Source: Spirochaetota bacterium (GTDB lineage Bacteria > Spirochaetota > UBA4802 > JAFGJZ01). From it: a DNA stretch of 64,000 nt. The notes beneath the pieces were generated by a model. That model did no database searches. It had not been told where the DNA came from and saw only the letters and a list, made by a program, of their open reading frames with translations. The DNA is taken from positions 4,407 through 68,406 of the forward strand of contig JAFGJZ010000192.1 of assembly GCA_016928815.1 (NCBI GenBank), in the 5' to 3' direction. The position numbers and the translations under genes are program-made. Positions 60,101 to 64,000 of this stretch are shown piece after piece (position 1 is the stretch's first letter; each line of letters begins with the position of its first letter).

Positions 60101-60325
60101 AACTTCTCTCAGTTTTTTTTCAATTGGTATGGTTACAAGCTTTTCAACATCCTCCGGTGAAGAGCCGGGATAAACTGTTTTGACAGTTACCATGTCAAAA
60201 CTGACCTGAGGAAACCCTTCTCTTTTCATGCCGGATATTGTAATCAGACCGAGAAGTACTGCAAGCCCGACTATTATGTTAACGAATGTTTTCTGTTTTA
60301 TTAGAAATTCTGTAATTTTTTTCAT
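57152..60325 (-). CDS. RND family efflux transporter permease (HAE1/AcrB-like)
   Basis: 1057 aa, 12 TM, two large periplasmic loops, AcrB-like motifs (GGRMASVVMIGFPVSFMIGFIGM). Confidence 0.9.
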   Translation of the reverse strand: MKKITEFLIKQKTFVNIIVGLAVLLGLITISGMKREGFPQVSFDMVTVKTVYPGSSPEDVEKLVTIPIEKKLREVDGLDKVRSYNIENVSVIVIYIDMGVSNKDEIIQDIKDSVSLVEGMPESVNEPVVEEVNLSKTRVMNIAIYGKNENVAYSEIRNTAEELQDYLYEINSIAEIKDYGQLERELLVEIDAEKLIKNRIGINAVINAIRKRNIDLPGGELRVNGKEFLLKTKDQYRDISDIENTVIMANDLGYVTKVRDVTEKAVEDTFDEPSEYERVNGNNAIVLSINKKSESDEINTAKEIKSKLENFRYDKNRLEIVTFNDQSVSTSEQIKTVIINAITGFILLAAILYILLGGRMASVVMIGFPVSFMIGFIGMNQFDITINVVSLFGMIMVLGMIVDFGIVVTENTHRYLELGFKKNDAIINGVSEVMLPLIITFLCLVAAFMPLVVLTGIVGKFVRPIPIVLIVCLGASLITALFIMPTHLSMIIKEPVKRKTKKEIIEAETGYEKGFFGKIQRGYRRILKISISHRYLTLVILIILLISSILLIVSGKVPFQFIPGGGSEELSIKTYMPQGTTLDVNLEEMKKLEKIVINSVREDELKALRVRVGNEDFMIIDPQPGQGIHKSTFLITLVPEKDRERKAHEIVADLREKINIARKNGILNNDMIIKTQTVEFGPPVGKPVNVEIMGNNFRIMQEISQEYIEFLKGIEGVYDIKVDTEAGKMEYRYSIDEIIAARTGVSSTDAAYTLNSSYKGSIAAKVHQDKDEIGIRVRFSEKDRSDIKGLDKVMVLNNRGALIPLNKITSVSNVQGTAFINRLNYRRLVQVQAEVDTGITTSMKVNRILQNHFKEIEVKYPGYSIAYGGEHEDTNKSMYDLKNLFLIALFTIFVILAVYFESLLLPVVVMIAIPFSLVGVVIAVFAHGQPLSFMSTLGLFSLAGVIVSNTLVLVQFIKNLISKGYSLKDALIEGGVIRLRPVILTSGTTVLGLFPTIYGLGGRNYFVAPLALAFGYGLIFATFITLILIPTFYHISEDIKSGLHFLILKTKHIIKKA

Positions 60326-60354
60326 AAATTTACCTTATAATTCTCACTGATAGT

Positions 60355-61956
60355 TTATTTCTGTTTATGTTTCTGATTTTCAATGATTTTTACGATTTCA
60401 ATGCCGTTGTTTTTCAGAAAACTGTTCTGAACAGTGTCAAACTGCAATAATGCGATATTATAATACATCAGTGCTCTAAGTTCGCCCTGACGGCTGTCTA
60501 TCATCATATCAAGTGCATTCTTGACGTCAGCTGCTGAAAATCTGCCTGATCTGAGATGTGTTTTGAAACGCCTGTAATATTGTTCAGATTCGGTGCGTGT
60601 TTTTTTCGCTTTCTGATAGGCGTCATATGCTGTATTTATCAGATCAATACTGTTTAAAATATCATTCCGGATTTCTTTTCCTGTTTCAGCGAGATTAATC
60701 CGGGCCTGTTCAAGCTGAAATTCAGCATTGCGTTCATCTGTTTTCTGTTTCGGATCGTAGAGAGGAAATGTCATGGCGACGGATGCGTCATAATTAATCC
60801 GGTCACCGGGAAATGCATCACCGTATGCATTTGAAGATGAATCTCTCTGTCCGACCGAACTCACAGATAATCCGGCTTTCAGTGAAGGAAGTGCATTGTT
60901 GGCGACTATTTCCATCTGAAGTTCTGCGTTTTTCACATTAAGCAGGGCACTGGTATAATCAGCGCGGTTTTCATATGCCATTCTGAGAGCCTGTTCAAAA
61001 TTGATTTCAGCAGGCCTGTTTGTCATTACTGCGTATATGCCGGGAGAGCCGTTAAGGAACTCTTCATCAAAATGAGTTTCCAAATTGAATCTGGTTTTCA
61101 GGTCTCTTTCTTTTTCCTTTAATGACTGCAGGGACTTCGAATAGCTTATTTCATGTGATGCAACAAGGGCATTCCAGTAATTTAATGAATAGTTTTCATT
61201 TGCACCGAGATCTACATCTGATTTGATAATTGACCTTACCTTTCTGGTTTCGTCAAGTTTGAGTTTGGCATTGGAGCAGTCTGAAAAAGCAATGGCATAT
61301 TCCCAGGCTGAAATAACAGCTTCCAGTGACATGAGGGATATTTTATATTCAGTTATATCCAGAATTATGTTTTTACGGTTATCAAGCATTTTCTGCTGTT
61401 TTCTCTCCTGATATCCGAATATGTTTTTTAGAAGTTCCTGTTCAATTGAAAAAAAATATCCGTTCTGAAAATATTCTACGTCGCCGTATGCAGGATTCAT
61501 GTTGTAGTTATTTACATATTTCTGCTGAATGCCTGCACTCAGGGTTGTGCCTGTAGAGAATCCTTTCTGTACTCCAACTTTGCCGGATTTTTCCAGGTAG
61601 GAGTCACCGGAATAAAGAGTCTGAGCGTCTTCCGGATAATATTTTCTAATATAATCCGCTGAGCCGAAAAGTACGGGCATATATTTTGAAGTAAACGCAA
61701 TGGAATCCGTATCCGCCATTGCCGCTTCATAGAGCAGTACTTTTATTTTACCGTTATTTTCAATGAGATATCTTATAACATCAGGCATTTCATATGTGAC
61801 ATTATTAATAACAAATTTTTGTGATTCGGATATCCGTATATCCAGTTCCGGAATGGTTTCATTCACGATACCGTTTGTTTCCGTCTGTGCATTTAATGAA
61901 GCAGATAATACTACATATGCTACCGACGTAATAATTGAAATTGTTCTGAATTTCAT
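60355..61956 (-). CDS. TolC-like outer membrane efflux protein
   Basis: 533 aa, signal peptide, two OEP repeats with coiled-coil segments; 29 bp upstream of RND start (operon). Confidence 0.8.
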   Translation of the reverse strand: MKFRTISIITSVAYVVLSASLNAQTETNGIVNETIPELDIRISESQKFVINNVTYEMPDVIRYLIENNGKIKVLLYEAAMADTDSIAFTSKYMPVLFGSADYIRKYYPEDAQTLYSGDSYLEKSGKVGVQKGFSTGTTLSAGIQQKYVNNYNMNPAYGDVEYFQNGYFFSIEQELLKNIFGYQERKQQKMLDNRKNIILDITEYKISLMSLEAVISAWEYAIAFSDCSNAKLKLDETRKVRSIIKSDVDLGANENYSLNYWNALVASHEISYSKSLQSLKEKERDLKTRFNLETHFDEEFLNGSPGIYAVMTNRPAEINFEQALRMAYENRADYTSALLNVKNAELQMEIVANNALPSLKAGLSVSSVGQRDSSSNAYGDAFPGDRINYDASVAMTFPLYDPKQKTDERNAEFQLEQARINLAETGKEIRNDILNSIDLINTAYDAYQKAKKTRTESEQYYRRFKTHLRSGRFSAADVKNALDMMIDSRQGELRALMYYNIALLQFDTVQNSFLKNNGIEIVKIIENQKHKQK

Positions 61957-62091
61957 AAGCTATGTCTCCAGTAATAAAATTGCCGCTTTTTTTATCAGGC
62001 GTTCAGTTTAATCAACGAACGGTTATAATTTCCGTTAACCGATCATTTTTGATTACTGATAATATTGCATAGCTTAATGAAAAAATCGGTT

Positions 62092-62142
62092 GAAATTATA
62101 ATTCCGGATAAATATAATAGGCTGGAATTATAATTCAGGATT
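62092..62142. promoter_or_regulatory. Second array of TATAATTCCGGA-type motif
   Basis: GAAATTATAATTCCGGA ...GGAATTATAATTCAGGATT; same orientation as 55786..55834; ends 9 bp before ATG 62151. Confidence 0.55.
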
Positions 62143-62150
62143 AATTATTT

Positions 62151-62639
62151 ATGGATTTTTTTAAAATGCTGTTTCAAAGCTGTTTCATTCTGCTTGTACC
62201 CGTTTTTCTTTTTAATGCGGTATTTTATAAAAAACTGCCGGAAATGTATCAGAACAGGAAATGGGATAATATTCCCCGGGTGCTTGATGCTTCAGAAAAT
62301 ATTTTAAGGGCCGTTGTTTTCATAATTCCGGTTTTACTGAAAATCTCATTTGAATCGGCAATGCAGAAGACCGGCCTGCTGCTTTACTTTGCAGGAATGA
62401 CTGTTTATTTCCTGTCATGGATTATGCAGACGAATTTTCCTGATACGAAATGGAGCAGAAGCTGCGCAGGATCAACAGCCCCCGCGTACACTACACTTAT
62501 CTGGTTCACAGGAATCAGTCTCATCGGTCAGGAATTAATCATTAATTACAATTATGTCTGGATTTATTATTTTTCGGCGGTTGTGTGTTTTGTATCAGTT
62601 CATACCCTTCATGCCTTTATTGTCTTCAGGAAGAAATGA
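62151..62639 (+). CDS. Hypothetical membrane protein (162 aa, 4-5 TM)
   Basis: ORF, hydrophobic profile; no domain recognised. Confidence 0.45.
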   Translation: MDFFKMLFQSCFILLVPVFLFNAVFYKKLPEMYQNRKWDNIPRVLDASENILRAVVFIIPVLLKISFESAMQKTGLLLYFAGMTVYFLSWIMQTNFPDTKWSRSCAGSTAPAYTTLIWFTGISLIGQELIINYNYVWIYYFSAVVCFVSVHTLHAFIVFRKK

Positions 62640-62798
62640 TAAGTAATTCATTTTTATAAATGTCAGAATATGTTCAGCTGTGTTGATTATATATCAGTGT
62701 TTATTCAGCCTGGCCGTAGTCAGTACAAAAATGCAATAAAATATATGTTGCACGGATTTTACCTTAAAACTAAAATGGTATATTCAAAATGGGGTAAA

Positions 62799-63578
62799 AT
62801 GAAAAATAAAAAAATATTCATCGGAAATTTAAATTTTGAAATTTCCGATGCAGAACTGAAAGAACTTCTGCTGCAGTACGGAACAGTTATGGAAATCCGG
62901 CTTTATAGAAAAAAAGGTTATGCTTTGGCTGAATTTGAAACTTCAGAAGAAGCGGAAAATGCCGTTAAAAATCTAAGCGGGGTTGTATTTCTCGGAAGGG
63001 AAATTCATATAAGTCCGGCATTACGGCCGCGGAGAGCCAAATCGGTTACAGTTAAAAAATATGCCGACCGCGGCAATTTGTTTGCCGGAAGAAAAAAAAT
63101 GCGTGTAACGAAAAACCATGAAGCAGAAAAAAGTACGCTGGCCGGTGACGTGAAAATCCACCATGATCAGTCTGAAGAGGCCCAAAGTTCCCGGCAGATT
63201 AAATCATTTTCAGGGAAAAAAGGTACGGGAAAACGGTTTTCCGGAGAAAGAAACATTTCAGGGAAAAACCCGGACATCAGAACTGCGGGCGGTAAAAAAA
63301 CGGCTGATGTCAAATCATCGCCGCAGAAATTCAGCTATAAGTCAAAGGCGAAGGTTTCATCAAATTCTTTTTACGGTGAAAAAACATACGGAAAAAAATC
63401 AGGTTTTAATGAAAAAAAGCCCGGCAAATATACTGACAGAGAAGAGAAGAACGTTTCCCGCTCTGAAAAAGATTTGTCCCGTCAGGGGAATGATGCGGCT
63501 GTTTCCGATAAACCTGTGTCGACTTATAAACCAAGAACTGCGGGGCGTAATTCTTTCAGGAAAAAATTCCCCCGGTAA
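62799..63578 (+). CDS. RRM-domain RNA-binding protein with long Lys/Arg/Ser/Gly-rich tail
   Basis: RNP-2 KIFIGNL and RNP-1 KGYALAEF motifs; start at MKNKK supported over upstream ORF extension to 62670. Confidence 0.7.
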   Translation: MKNKKIFIGNLNFEISDAELKELLLQYGTVMEIRLYRKKGYALAEFETSEEAENAVKNLSGVVFLGREIHISPALRPRRAKSVTVKKYADRGNLFAGRKKMRVTKNHEAEKSTLAGDVKIHHDQSEEAQSSRQIKSFSGKKGTGKRFSGERNISGKNPDIRTAGGKKTADVKSSPQKFSYKSKAKVSSNSFYGEKTYGKKSGFNEKKPGKYTDREEKNVSRSEKDLSRQGNDAAVSDKPVSTYKPRTAGRNSFRKKFPR

Positions 63579-63683
63579 TTTTTTTGAAACCGGAATGTAT
63601 TTATTTTTATAATTTTTAAGGATATAAATAATTCTTGAAATGATCCGGAATTTTGCATATAATAAACAATAATTTTTCAACGG

Positions 63684-64000
63684 TGATGGGAAATGAAAAA
63701 AATACTGTTTATTTCTATGATTCTGTCTGTAATCATGATTTTAAATTCATGTATGACGTCGAGGACAATTAATTCGAGTTCTTCCTCAATGATTGAGCAG
63801 AAAATGACTTTTGCACCTTTAACAAAAGCGGATTTTGTAATTCTGGGATCTGTTTCAGGCAGAGGTGAGATAATTGAAGACGGGAAAGGGAAAATTTCGG
63901 GGGATACCCTGAGATACGGTTCAATTAATCCTGACGGTACAATGGGTACGGCGGGTGCGGTTGTAACTACCGTAAATAATGCATGGTGGGCCCGTCTGCT
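63684..64000 (+). CDS. Lipoprotein, 5' partial (runs off window)
   Basis: MKKILFISMILSVIMILNSC lipobox; open to window end. Confidence 0.4.

Noticed and set aside
63163-63612. 149-aa alternative-frame ORF inside the RRM gene tail
   Set aside because: Overlaps the low-complexity basic tail in another frame; no RBS; frame artefact of the repetitive AAA/GAA-rich sequence.
1-64000. CRISPR arrays, tRNA/rRNA genes, IS elements / transposases / integrases
   Set aside because: No regularly spaced short direct repeats and no tRNA-like conserved boxes (GTTCGA-type T-loop) were found. No DDE transposase, tyrosine or serine recombinase ORF is recognisable among the six-frame ORFs.

Overview
Overall: an AT-rich bacterial chromosomal segment with no rRNA, tRNA or CRISPR. 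Gene content (FolD, YloV-like DAK2/DegV, PlsY, a dCache MCP, a GGDEF protein, many sugar ABC transporters and glycoside hydrolases) fits an anaerobic, saccharolytic, motile organism, possibly spirochaete-like. No taxon can be proven from this sequence alone.

Layout:
- 1-4.2 kb: housekeeping genes.
- 4.4-10 kb: an accessory island. Three copies of a ~130-bp intergenic repeat bracket cytoplasmic proteins of unknown function: an ankyrin-repeat protein, three members of a ~185-aa paralog family and two small ORFs. A secreted 313-aa protein follows the last repeat.
- 10-13.5 kb: acyltransferase-3, a CPBP protease and secreted/small membrane proteins.
- 13.6-24.3 kb: a LacI-controlled sugar-ABC locus with a heparinase II/III-like lyase, a GH88 unsaturated glucuronyl hydrolase and a DUF2264 protein.
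- 24.4-31.8 kb: signalling genes (GGDEF, short serine acetyltransferase, dCache MCP, histidine kinase).
- 31.8-40.1 kb: a second LacI-controlled sugar-ABC locus with a GH52-like hydrolase and a GH51 alpha-L-arabinofuranosidase.
- 40.4-42.4 kb: TsaA/TrmO-like protein and an AraC/GyrI-like regulator.
- 42.8-50.4 kb: a second accessory patch. A decayed type I R-M locus (internally deleted hsdM, intact fic, 17-codon hsdS stub) is followed by two more paralog-family genes. Then come a secreted GH99/WbsX-like protein, a DUF2459-like protein, a TPR+SUFU-like protein and an APH-like kinase.
- 50.5-53.8 kb: modA-modB-modC-DUF134-modD.
- 53.9-62 kb: an outer-membrane beta-barrel protein, a membrane-anchored AraC regulator and an RND pump with a TolC-like channel but no adaptor gene. 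This block is flanked by tandem TATAATTCCGGA-type motifs.
- 62.1-64 kb: a membrane protein, an RRM protein with a long basic tail and a partial lipoprotein.

The most interesting signal is the repeat-delimited, cassette-like array of putative immunity-type genes, whose paralogs reappear at the broken R-M locus. Two genes (plsY and a TPR protein) also appear to start at non-ATG/GTG/TTG codons.
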